Part shown: positions 26,514-38,344 of the stretch, in pieces
Layout: the number at the start of each line of letters is the position of its first letter
Position numbering within the stretch: the first letter of the stretch is position 1
Source of the DNA: Felis catus
Lineage: Eukaryota
Direction of reading: 5' to 3'
Assembly: GCF_018350175.1 (NCBI RefSeq)
Contig: NC_058373.1
Span: 109,556,001 to 109,620,000 of the forward strand
Length of the DNA: 64,000 bases
The notes under the pieces: model-generated
The model's database searches: none
What the model was told of the DNA's origin: nothing
Seen by the model: only the letters and a program-made list of their open reading frames with translations
Position numbers and translations under genes: made by a program

Positions 26514-27112
26514 ATGTGTTAGTTTCTTAGGGCTGCAATAATAAATTAGCACAAACCAGTAATTTATTCTCCCATAATTCTGGAGGCCAGAAGTTCAAAA
26601 CCTAGGTGTGGGCAGGATTGGTTCTTTCTGGAGGCTCTGAGGGAGAATCCATTCCCTGACCTCTTCCTAGATTCTCGTGGCTGCCAGCAACCCTTGGTGT
26701 TCCTTGGCTGCATATCTCCAGTCTCTGCCTCTGTCCTCACATCACCTTCTCTGTGTGTTCATGTTTTTGTGTCTGTTTCTCTGTCTCCCTCTGCCTTTCT
26801 CTTCTAAAGACACCTGACATTGATTTTAGAGCTTATTCCAAACCCAGGGTGATCGCATCTTAATAGCCTTTTTTTTTTAAGTCGGCTCCATGCCCAGTGT
26901 GGAGCCCAATGTGGGGCCTGAACTCACGACCCTGAGATCAAGACCTGAGCTGAGACCAGGAGTCAAAAGCTTAACTGACTGAGCCACCCAGGCACTCTTT
27001 TCATCTTAAGATTCTTAACATAATTACATCAGCCAAGACCCATTCCAAATAAGGTCCTATTCACAGGTTCTGGTTGAACATATATTTTAGAGGCTACCAT
27101 TAAACTCACTAC
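26514..27112 (-). mobile_element. MLT1-type MaLR LTR with a nested short SINE (26869-26996)
   Basis: tgtgttagtttcttagggctgc..tctggaggccagaagttc..taaactcactaca. The nested element is a tRNA-part-only reverse SINE. Confidence 0.8.
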
Positions 27113-28587
27113 ACCTTAGGCAAAAAGAGAAGGGCCCATCTGTTCTTGAGAGCAGACAGGCACAGATGAAGAAATGGTATGCTTGTCTCTACCAAACCAG
27201 CTTATCCTTTGTTTTCCTGTGGACAACTTACACTCCAGGACTGATGATCAAAAATAATGTGATTCAACTTGACTTGCCTAGGAACCTACTCTAAAATAAT
27301 TAATAAAACAAGAGTTACCTTTATAAGTATTTTTCTTCTTAAAGAATTGGCATTTTCTGCTTAGCAAGGGACTCTAAGACTGCCTATTTCTCACATCAAC
27401 TGAAACAATTATTACCATACAACCCTGTTCCTGGGAACTCTGCCTCCTATCCGCCTAAAAAGGAAAACAGATAATGAGTTTAATTAAAACTGATTGGAAA
27501 GTTGGACGAAAACTCCTGGAGGTAATTACAAGACAGGGCCACCCATGACTGAGAGAGCTTCCCTAATAGATAAGAAGTAAAAATTAATCTTTCAAAGAAG
27601 AAAGAGAATATATTTATGTGAGAGTGGAGAACAGGATCCTAGTTAGAACTGAGGAATACATTGACCTAGATGAAATGGAAACATCTATAAAGATAGGTGC
27701 CGTACATGTAATAACAATTTCCCATGCAGAAGAATGATTCACTCAATCAACTCAGATATAAGGACACTGAGTTATAAGGACGTGCCCGTGGCACTCATGA
27801 GAGCATGCTGAATTAAGCTCATGTGATACAGACCAAGTTAGACAGGCATGATTCTTAGGGCATTCAGATGTCTATAGATTTGTCATCCTGGTATTTGCTA
27901 CAGGAAATGTTCCAGATTAGTGGGGACCAAGAATGAATACCAAGCAGTATCTTGAGCTGTGGGAAGCCCCCAGGTGGGATCCCAGGGCCTCTGGGTGTAT
28001 TCCCAGAAGTGGACGCAGGTCATGGAATCTCACTGCCAGCTTGACTCATTAGAGGCAGAACAGGGTTGCCAGGAGTGCTTTCTAGCCTGAAGCTTCTTTA
28101 TCATGTGTTAGGATGGTTGGGTACCTTGGCTGCTACCCCAGGGGACAGCCATCATAGGAACTCTCATCCTGCTCAAAGGTCAGGGTGCTGGAGGAAACAT
28201 GCAGGCAGTGGCCCAATGGCCTACTGGGGAATCCATGTTTTGAAATGGGTTGGAGATCAGAAAACACAAACCCAGCACCAAATGTTCCATCCCTAATACC
28301 CACTAAGCCACTTACCCATTGTCCTTGATGCTAAGCCTAGAATCTTTACCTGGTGGCTTTGCTTCAAGGAAATTTTCCCTACCCACTCAGAAGAGAGAGA
28401 GTGAACCCCCAGGCCTATAAATGTGCAGAGAAAAGAAATCTATCTATTATGATGGAATAATAGAGTCAGGACAATTGTGTCAACATTTCGCAAAAAGCTA
28501 ACTGCCATCAAATTGTTTTTCTTACACCTAACATGCTGCTGAAGTTCGCTAAGCTTTCATTCAACACTTAAGAAATCAAAGTGAGTT

Positions 28588-28810
28588 GGGGCGCCTGGGT
28601 GGTTCAGCCAGTTAAGCGTCCGACTTCGGCTCAGGTCACGATCTCACGGTGCGTGGGTTCGAGCCCCGCGTCGGGCTCTGTGTGGACAGCTCAGAGCCTG
28701 GAGCCTGCTTTGGACTCTGCGTCTCCTTCTCTCTCTGGCCCTCCCCCGCTCATGCTCTGTCTCTCAAAAATAAATAAATGTTAAAAATAAAAATAAAAAA
28801 TAAAATAAAA
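28588..28810 (+). mobile_element. CanSINE (CpG-rich)
   Basis: TSD aagaaatca(a/g)agtg. Confidence 0.93.
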
Positions 28811-28884
28811 GAAATCAGAGTGTGTCAACCTTAAATTTCCCTTAACTCAGCTTGGGAGACGTACATAAAACCTATCAATATGGA

Positions 28885-30470
28885 CTGGTATGTGAAGGTG
28901 GGGCACTGCTGTAACAAATACATAAAAATACAAGAGTGACTTTGGAACTGTGTGGAGACTGGAAGAATTTTGAAGGATATGAGAGACAAAACCTAAACTG
29001 GCTTCAATAGATTGTTAGTAGAAGGGATTCTGAGGACACTGCTGATGAAGTCTTAGAAGGAAGTGGGGAACATGTTGTTGGAAAACAGAGAAAGGGAAAT
29101 GCTTACCACGTAGTGGCAGATAGCTCAGCAAAGTTGTCTCCTGCAGCTAAACTGAAAGCAGAACATGTAAGGAATGACCTTGATTAGTTGGCTAAAGAGA
29201 TTTCTAAGCAAAGTGAAGAAGGTATCACCTGATTCCTTGTTGCTGCTCATATTAAAGTGTACAGGAAGGGACACCTGAGTGGCTCAGTCAGTTGTGTCTG
29301 ACTCTTGATTTCAGCTCAGGTCATGATCCCAGGGTTGTGGGATTGAACCCCACATGAGGCTCCGCACTGAGCGTGAAGCCTGCTTCTCTCTCCCTCTCAC
29401 ACCCTCTGTCCCTCTTCCCCACTTATGTTCTCTGTCTCTCTCTCAAATTAAAAAAAAGTAATGATAATAATAATAATAATAAAATGCACAAGGATGACAG
29501 ATAAATTGAGGGAAACCCGTTACACAAAGAACAGCACTTAATTTTGAAAAGTATTAGACTTCTCAGATGGCAAATGATGTTAAAATTAAGGAATGGCTTC
29601 CTTGCACTGTCAGGAAAATACGGCAAGGAGAAAAAACCAAGAGTGTGACTTTACAACCTTTTGTTAAAATCTCAAGACAGATCAGAAAAGCAGAGTCACG
29701 TAAAGGGTCCTCTCAAGACAGTAAGGCTATGTCTCCCAGATCCTCTAAATCAAATCAAAGGGCCAGGGGGAAGCTTAGGAGCCTGGTCCCACGGCCATCC
29801 CAGCAGGAGACGGTGGAGAAGGGCGTATCTCAAAAGGGCTCATCTCAAAAATATCTGTAAGAAGTGGTTCTTGTCGCATGGAACGAACCCCAGTGAAATC
29901 CATGGAAGATGCCTAAAGTTTTTGAGAAAGTTATTTCATCAAAAATACTACCACGTTGGGCTGAAAGGGATAGAAATAGTACCAAGAAAAGAGGCGTTTG
30001 GACTCACAAAATCCCACTTGCAGGAAGCAGTCTGATGGCATTATTACACTGTAAATATGTCCTTTCTTCCATTTAAAAAGACAGGATGGAATCAAGAACC
30101 CAGGGGGCAGAGCCAAGGAGAGTTATTCCCAGCACTCTTCTGTACTTCCCATTTCTGCCTTTTGAACTGAAATGTCCATAGGTATTAATCTATGCCTATT
30201 CCATAATTGCAGGTCACAGAGGCAAGGGGCAGATAACTCGTCTCTCTGGTTTAAACAATTGATAAATCTAGTGGAATTTCACACAAAGACTATAGTTCCT
30301 GACTTAGATCATGAGATTCTGGACATTGAGGCTCTTGGCTCCCCTTGGAAGGAGGTGAATGTACTTTGTGTATGGGAGGGATACGCAGAAGGGGGTCAAC
30401 CACTGGGAGCCAGGAGGCAGACAGTGGTGAGCAGATTCAAAGATGGCTCCCTGTGATCCCAGAACAGTGA
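28885..30470 (+). mobile_element. MaLR internal (MLT1-int-like) sequence running into an LTR start, with a nested SINE (29268-29480)
   Basis: gctgtaacaaata..aaaat..gtgactttggaactg..ggaagaattttga and gctaaagagatttctaagcaaagtg motifs. LTR-like tggtgagcagattcaaagatggctccc at ~30425. Confidence 0.65.
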
Positions 30471-30623
30471 TATTCAGAACAATCCACTGGCTTTCCTTCA
30501 GGCTTTCTTTCACTTACTGAATCAGTGATGAGTCATGGGATGGAAACAAACCATGAGTTTCCTGGGAAAACCACAGCAGGGCCTTTGTATGTATCCCTTT
30601 ACTCACTTGTAGTCCTATTTCTT

Positions 30624-30635
30624 TCTTTTCTTTTC

Positions 30636-30666
<31 letters not shown>

Positions 30667-30770
30667 CTTTTCTTTTCTTTTCTTTTCTTTTCTTTTCTTT
30701 TCTTTCTTTTCTTTTCTTTCTTTCTCTCTCTCTCTTTCTTTCTTTCTTTCCTTCCTTCCTTCCTCTCTCT

Positions 30771-30802
<32 letters not shown>

Positions 30803-30846
30803 TCCTTCCTTCCTTCCTTCCTTCCTTCCTTCCTTCCTTCCTTCCT
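30624..30846. repeat. Compound pyrimidine microsatellite (TTTTC)n/(TTTC)n/(TC)n/(TTCC)n
   Basis: Directly visible. Source of the spurious KEKKR/FLFFS ORFs. Confidence 0.97.
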
Positions 30847-30986
30847 TAATATGAAATTTATTGTCAAATTGGTTTCCATACAACACCAGTGCTCATCCCA
30901 AAGGTGCCCTCCTCAATGCCCATCAACCACCCTTCCCACACCCCCCCCCCCCATCAACCCTCAGTTTGTTCTCAGTTTTTAAGAGT
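30847..30986 (-). mobile_element. Young 5'-truncated felid L1 (L1_Fc-like) 3' end
   Basis: aatatgaaatttattgtcaaattggtttccatacaacaccagtgctcatccc motif. Perfect 17-bp TSD ttgtagtcctatttctt at 30607-30623 and 30987-31003. Confidence 0.85.
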
Positions 30987-32549
30987 TTGTAGTCCTATTT
31001 CTTGTTCAGGCCGCACCTGAAGACTTTTACTACCTTCCGAGGTATTGCTGGCTGCAGCATGAAGTTAGCAGGACGACAGCTGTGGGCATCCCCACAGGGG
31101 CTCATGCGTGAGGCCCTTCAAAGAGTGGAGACAATTCCACAGAGGTGCGGCCACCCCTGGCCACCTGGTGTACACCGGAGCGTCGAGCCACTGGTCCCTG
31201 GATGGTGACAGCAGAATACAGTCTCTCCCAACTTGTCCTCTACTTCTCACTTTGGTTTCTCACTTTTATCTTTAAAAAGAGATCAGTAAATACCCCCGTG
31301 AGCTGTTCACGTGGGATGTGCACACTTTCCTGCAAAGCTGTGATACTATAGGAAGCAGTAAAGATGAAAAGAGACATGCAATTTCATAATGAAAACAAAG
31401 CCTCCCAAACTGATGTGCTTTTTATTCATGAGCTTTTAAAAGTGCTTTTGCCCAGCAATTCCCTTCCCTCTCCCACTGCTGTAATTTAGCTAATCTGTTC
31501 ATGCCGCGTTTTATGAATCTCCAGAGGTTTCCCTCTGTGATAATTCCTCACCAAATTGCCAATTAGAAGAGAGCAGGACTACACCCCCACAAAGATGTCT
31601 CGCAACCTTTGGGGGCCTCAGATTTAGAGGCTGGGGAAGCGATAATGAAAGCTCCCCTCCATCTTCCAACTGCCTCCTCTCAGACCCTCCTGCAGCCACC
31701 CCCAGGCTTCCACAAGGCAAGGGCTTGCCTTCGAGATTCCACGGGCTTGATTTGTTTGATCACAATCATTGACACTTCAAATGGCTTGGGATGTGAATTC
31801 GCTATTGTCTGAGCACACCAGGTGTTGCAGTGCCGTGTGGAACAGTGATAATATCTTTTTTGTGTCCGTGAAATAGCCTGGAAATGCCTAACTAATTAAC
31901 ACCATCTGATGTTCACATTTCCTCATTCAAGCAAGCTAGAAGGCTCTGCGTGCCAGCTTTCTTTCTAATCTGGGATACAGTAAACAGTGGCACAGGTCAA
32001 TCCCTGACGCTTGCCTTCTTAAAAACTCAGAAAAAAAAAAAGTTATGCATTTAGGGGGATGTGGGCTCAACATGTTACTCCGTAATGCTTGACCTGGATC
32101 TGCTTTATCCTTCCACATCGTAATTACTCTGGCCTCAGAGAGAGAGAGCCCCTTTTATACCAACAGGCACGTCTCAATCTGCTGCTGAGGCTGTCTGCGG
32201 TCTGTCTTACTAGGCTTTTGAAAAAAAGAATGCACACGATTTATTTGACCTATTTCTCAGGCATTAAGACTCTGGTGAAAGACAGTCATGCTTCTTTTGT
32301 AGGATAACTCTCTCCCGTCCTTTTTGACTACTTTTAGTTAACTTGAACTCCTTAAACTGTCAATGGTTGCTCCCACATTTCCAATTCTTTATACTACTAT
32401 TCCTTGATTTAGCGACTCTATACACATTACTAGTAATAATGATTTACCTTAACTTTGCCTGACCTATGTATGCTTGCCATCCTCCTAACATAGTTATATC
32501 ACCATTTTAATTGCATCTGTAATCAGGGATTACATTAATAAGACTATGT

Positions 32550-32770
32550 GAATATTCTCTGCAGCCTAGTAACATACAGTGGCATCATGTACCTATAATA
32601 TATGCACTAAGAGAGGAGCATCGTGTCTGAAGCATCCTTCCAAATAATGCATAACTTCAACCTCATCATGAGAAAATATCAGAAAACCCAAATCAAGGGA
32701 CATCCTAAAAAAATAACTGACTGGTACTGTTCAAAAGTGTCAGTCATGAAAGATAAGGAAAGACCTGGGA
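32550..32770 (+). mobile_element. Old L1 (L1MC-like) 3' fragment
   Basis: aacctcatcatgagaaaatatcagaaaacccaaat..aaaagtgtcagtcatgaaagataaggaaagac motif. Confidence 0.6.
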
Positions 32771-34730
32771 CTCTCTTGATAAAAATACTCAACAAAATAG
32801 GAACAGAGGGAAACGACCTCAATATGATAAAAACCGTATATAAAAAACCCACAGCAATTTTCTTAATTGCTTAATTTTCTTAATGATTACATTTCTTAAT
32901 TTTCTTAATGATTACTGATGTTGAGCATCTTTTCATGTGCTTACTGGCCATACATGTATCTTCTTTGGAGAAATTCAAGTCTTTTGCCCATTTTTAAATT
33001 GGGTTGTTTGTTTTGTTATTGAGTTTTAGAAGCTCTCTGTCTTTTCTGGATATCAACTGTTTATCAGATATACAATGTGTAAACATTTTTTCCCTTTCTG
33101 TGGGTTTTCTACTCTGGGGATAGTGTCTTTGGATGCACAAATTTTTTTGAAATTTCATTAAGTCCAATTTGTCTATTTTTTCTTTTGTTACCTGTGTCTT
33201 TGATATCATCTCCAATAAATCATTGCCAAATCCAATGTCATGAAGATTTTGTCCTAGTTTCCTTCTAAGAGTTGTTTTGTTTTAGGTCTTACATTTGGAA
33301 TCTTGATCCATTTTGAGTTAATTTTTTAATATGGTGTTAGGCAATGGCACAACTTCATTCTTTTGCATGTGGGTATTCAGTTTTCCCAGCACTACTTGTC
33401 GAAAAGAATGTCCTTTCTCCATCTAATAGTCTTGGCATCCTTGGCAAAATCATTTGACCGTATATGTGAGGGTTTATTTCTGGGCTCTCTATTCTGTGCT
33501 ACTGGTCTATATATTTGTCCTTATGCCAATACTATATGTAGCTTTGTAGTAAGTTTTAAAATCAGAAAGTGTGAGTCCTCCAGCTTTGTTCTTTTTCAAG
33601 ATTGGTCTATTCGGGATTCCTTGAGATTCCACATGAATTTTTTAAAGAATTTTTCTGTTTCTAAAAAAAAATTTCATTGGGATTTTGATAGTAGTAGCAT
33701 TGAATCTATAGATCACTTTGGGTAGTATTGACATTTTAACAAATTCAAGTCTTCCAACCCATGAGCACGGTATATGTTTCCATTTATTTATGTCTTCTTT
33801 AATTTCTTTCAGCAATGTTTTATGTTTTCATTGTACAAATATTTCACCTCCTCAGTTAATTCATAAGGACTTTATTCTTGTTGATGTTATTCAGTATGTG
33901 GAATTGTTTTATAATTTCCCTTTCAGATTGTTCATTGTGTATAGAAATGCATCTGATTTTTGTGTGTTGACTTTGTATTCTGCTTTGTATTAATTTATTT
34001 AGTAGTTCTAAAAAAATTTTTATGGAGTCTTTAGAGTTTTCTGCACATAAGATTGTATTATGTGCAAACAGAAATAATTTTACTTCTTTCTTTTCAATTT
34101 GGATACAGTTTATTTCTTTTTCTTGCCTAATTGCTCTGGCTAGAACTTCCAGTACTGTGTTGAATACAAGTGGTGAAAGTGGGCATGCTTGCCTTGTTCC
34201 TGACCTTAGAGGAACAACTTTCAGTCTTTCACCATTGAGTATCATCTTTGCTGTGGGTTTTTCATATGTGGTTTTATTATGTTGAGGTTGTTCCCTGCTA
34301 TTACTATTTTGTTGAGTATTTTTATTAAGAAGGTTGTTAAATTTTGTCAAATGAGTTTTCTGCATGAATTAAGATGATCATGTGTTTTTTTCCCTTCATT
34401 TTGTTGATCTGGCATATTGATTGATATTCCCATGTTCAATCACCTTTGTATTCCAGCAATAAATCCCACATGGGCATGGTGTATAATCCTTTTAAAACAC
34501 TGCTGAATTCTGTTTGCTAGTATTTTTTTTTAAGGATTTGTACATCAATGCCTATGAGGGATATTGATCTATAGTTTTCTCTTTTTGTAGTTATCTTTTC
34601 CTGGCTTTGATATCAGGATTATGCTGGCCATAAAATGAGTTGGAAAATCCTCCTTCCTCTTCAATTTTTTGGAAGTAATTAAGAAGAATTAGTATTAATT
34701 CTAGAATTAATTAATAATTATTTAATTCTA

Positions 34731-34954
34731 GGGGTGCCTGGGTGGCGCAGTCGGTTAAGTGTCCGACTTCAGCCAGGTCACGATCTCGCGGGCCGTGAGT
34801 TCGAGCCCCGCGTCAGGCTCTGGGCTGATGGCTCAGAGCCTGGAGCCTGTTTCCGATGCTGTGTCTCCCTCTCTCTCTGCCCCTCCCCCGTTCATGCTCT
34901 GTCTCTCTCTGTCCCAAAAATAAATAAACGTTGAAAAAAAAAATTAAAAAAAAA
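34731..34954 (+). mobile_element. Young felid SINEC_Fc
   Basis: CpG-rich gtggcgcagtcggttaag..cagccaggtcacgatctcgcg. Perfect TSD taataattatttaattcta at 34712-34730 and 34955-34973. Confidence 0.94.
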
Positions 34955-36754
34955 TAATAATTATTTAATTCTAGAATTAATACTAATGCTTCTTTAAATG
35001 TTTGTTTGAAGTTCCCAGTGAAACCATTAGGACCAGAACTTTTCTTTGTTGGGAGATTTTTGATGACTGGTAGATCTCCTTAATAGTTATAGGTCTATTC
35101 AGGTTTTCTATTTTTTGTAATTTAGTGTTGGTAAATTTTGTGTTTCTATAAATTTGTCTAGGTTATCTAAATTTTTTGCCATAAAATTATTCATAAGTGT
35201 AAACTTTTCCCTTCAGTTCTGTCAGTTTTTTGCTTCATATCTTTTTGTGGTCTATCATTAGATGCATATATGTTTATAATTGTTACATCTTATTGTTGTA
35301 TTGAACCTTTCATTAATATAAAATGTCTTTCTTTGACTCTTGTAAAGTTTTTTTTAATTTAAATCCTATTTTGATATTATAGCCATCCCTGCTCTCTTTT
35401 GGTTACTATTTGCATGAAATGTCTTTTTTCCATCCTTTTACTTTCAACCTGTTTGTGTCTTTGTTTCTCAAGTGAGTCTCTTATAGATAGCATATAGTTG
35501 GGTCATATGTTTTTATCCATTCTGCCAATCTCTGTCTTTTGATAGGGAGAATTTAATCCATTTATATTTAAAGTAATTACTGATAAGGAGGGACTTACTT
35601 CTGTCATTGTGCTATTTATTTCTCTATGCCCTATAGCATTCTTATCCCTCATTTCCTGCATTATCTTCTTTTGGGTTCAGTTGATTTTTTATACTGAACT
35701 GTTTATATTCTTTCTCATTTCCTTTTGTGTATATACCATAGCTATTTTCTTTGTGGTTATCATGGGGATTACATTTAACATCTTTAAGTTATAACACTCT
35801 AATTTGAAATTATACCAGCTTAACTTCAACAATATAAAAAATACTGCTTATGGCTCTGTTCCCACCCTTTTCAGTTGTTGATGACACACAATTTTAGCTA
35901 CATACATTGTGTACCCCAAACGTAAACCAATAATTTCACCCTGCAGGATGCCCTTGAGCATTTTTTTGCAGGGCAGGTATAATGGTCACAAACCCCCTCA
36001 GCTTTTGTTTATCCAGGAATGTCTTAATTTCTCTCTCCCTTTGGAAGGAGTTTTCCTGGATACAGAATTCTTTGTTGATTTTTTTTCTTTTAACATTTGA
36101 ATATGCTGGCTGTCTTCTGCCCTTCAAAGTTTCCAATGAGAAATCTGCTGATAATTGTGTTAAGGTCTTTTGTATGTGATGACTTGCTTCTCTCTTGCTG
36201 CTTTCAATATTTTCTTTCAAGATTCTATTGTTTTTTATGGTTTGATTATAATGTGTCTCAGTCTAGATCCCTTTGAATTCATCTTACTTGGAGTCCATTG
36301 AAGTTCTTAGATATTTATAGTCACATCTCTCATTAAATTTGGGAAGTTTTCAGCTATTATTTCCTCAAACATTCTCTGCCCTTTTCTCTTCTCTTCTGGA
36401 ACTCCCATGATGCATATGTTGGTCTACTTAGTGGTGACCCACACAATTGCCTTAGGTTCTAGTCACTTTTCTTCAATCATTTTTCTTTCTGTTCCTTGGC
36501 CTTAATAATTGCTATTGTCCTATCCTCGAGTACACTCATTCTTTCTTCTGCCTCCTCAAAAATACTTTTGCATCTCTCTAGTGAATTTTTCATTTCAGTT
36601 ATTTTAACTCTCAGCTCTGCAATGTCTTTTTGGTTGTTCTTTTTTTAGTTTTCTATGTCTTTATTGATTATTTCCATTTTGCTTGTTCATTTTTCTGAAT
36701 TTCTCCACATCTTTCTTTTTCTTTGAGCACCTTGAAGACAGTTGTTTTAAAGTC

Positions 36755-36953
36755 TTTTTTTTTTTTTAAGTTTATTTATTTTGAGAGAGAGAGGAAAGGA
36801 GGGGCAGAGAGAGGGAGAGAGACAATCCCAAGCAGGCTCTGTGTTGCTAGCACAGAGCCCGATACAGGACTCAGTCTCATGAACAAACGAGATCATGATT
36901 TGAGCCAAAATCCAGAGTTGATCTCTTAACCAACTAAGCCACCCAGGCATCCC
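36755..36953 (-). mobile_element. CanSINE
   Basis: Reverse SINE. TSD-like taaa(g/c)tcttt. Confidence 0.9.
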
Positions 36954-37331
36954 TAAACTCTTTACCTGGTATACTTGCCATTAGGTCTTTTTTGGGAAGT
37001 TTGTTGATATATTTTTTTCCTTTAAGCGGGCCATATTTTCGTTTCTTTGTATGCTTTGGGAATTTTTTTGTTGGACATAGACATTTGTATCTAATGATGT
37101 GGTAACACTGGAAATCAGATTCTCCTCCTTCTCCAGGGTTAACTATATTTTATTAGTTTTTGTTTGCTGTTGTTGTCATTTTAATTATTGTAGGCTGTTT
37201 CTATGCTGAGGATCAGCCTGGCTTGAAACTTAATGTCTTCTCACGTCTTTTCTGAGCCTTTTCTTGGGCGTTTGTGGTCACTTTCTTATTTTCCCATATA
37301 TGCCATTGGTTTTTGTTGTTATTGTTAGGTG

Positions 37332-37778
37332 TTTTTTTTTTTTTTTAAGTTTATTTATTCATTTTTGAGAGAGAGAGGGACAGACAGACGACAGAATGGA
37401 GGATGGGGCAGAAAGAGAGCAAGGGAAAAAGAGAATCCCAAACAGGCTCCACACTGTTAGCACAGAGCCCAATGCAGGGCTTGAACTCATGAATCATGAG
37501 AACATAACCTGAGCTGAAATCAAGCCTGAAGGCTAAGACATTTAAAAATAATGACATACGGTGCCTGGGTGGCTCAGTCAGTCAGGTGTTTGACTCTTGA
37601 TTTCAGCTCAGGACATGATCTCATGGTTCATGAGATGGAGCCCCTCATGGGGCTCTGCACTAACAGTGTGGAGCCTGCTGGGGGTTCTCTCTCTCCCTTC
37701 CCTCTCTGCCCCTCCCCGCTTGCATACTCTCTCTCTCTCAAAATAAATGAAAATAAAAATAAAAATAAATAAAAAAAA
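37332..37778. mobile_element. Head-to-head CanSINE pair: 5'-truncated minus copy (37332-37526) and plus copy (37559-37778)
   Basis: Both SINE bodies are visible, separated by about 30 bp. Confidence 0.88.
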
Positions 37779-38344
37779 GTCTGAGCTTTTAATGGCTGGC
37801 TCCTGAAAGGGAGAAAAATGAAACATAAAAGAGCAATAAAAAGGGATCCAGCCCTTCAAATCCTCTGGAAGTCACTTCAGCTGGGGGGGGGGGGGGGGGA
37901 GGATGGGGAGGGGACGGGGACAATGGAGGTGTACAAAAACGATGGCTGCCTGCCTCTTTGCAACTTCATGATCAGAAACAGCAAGTGGCAATCAGAATAC
38001 AGATCTCTAACATTTGGAGGACAGATCCCCCTTTTCCCACCCTAGTGCTCCCACACTGTGTGCACACTACTCCAGGAATGTGCACAGCTGCCTGTCACGT
38101 GGCTGGGAGTGGGGGATGAGTAATTACTACTGTACTAAAAGCTGAAATTGACCAGAACTAACTGTAATTTTCCCTCCACAACCTCCTCTGGGATTAAGAA
38201 GCCTTCAATGGGCTCCAGAGTTCCAAAATAGTTACCTCATGTTTTGCCAACGCAATTGTTGTCTAGGTGGGTGGGGTGGGGGTTGGGGGGAACAGATTCC
38301 TGATGCTCCCTACTCTGCCCTCCTTCCAGAGTCCTAGTGTCTTA

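Larger units (their letters stand above)
32895..38330 (-). mobile_element. Large decayed L1 (5'UTR, ORF1, partial ORF2), lacking a 3'UTR, with four nested SINEs
   Basis: ORF 33856..34365 has [54 protein letters not shown] (RT). ORF 35936..36220 has LSADFSLETL..EIKTFLDKQKLR (ORF1p C-terminus). Multiple frameshifts. Confidence 0.9.

Noticed and set aside
26869..26996. tRNA gene
   Set aside because: tRNA-derived SINE head with a poly(A) tail and degenerate stems, not a functional tRNA.
29567..30035. 97 and 124 aa ORFs
   Set aside because: They lie in MaLR internal-like sequence, with no recognisable domain or splice structure.
30514..30886. Lys/Glu/Arg-rich and Phe/Ser/Leu-rich ORFs
   Set aside because: Artefacts of the compound microsatellite.
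33856..34365. 169-aa reverse-transcriptase-like ORF as a functional gene
   Set aside because: Fragment of a decayed L1 ORF2. The catalytic FADD reads FAHN, and the flanks are frameshifted.
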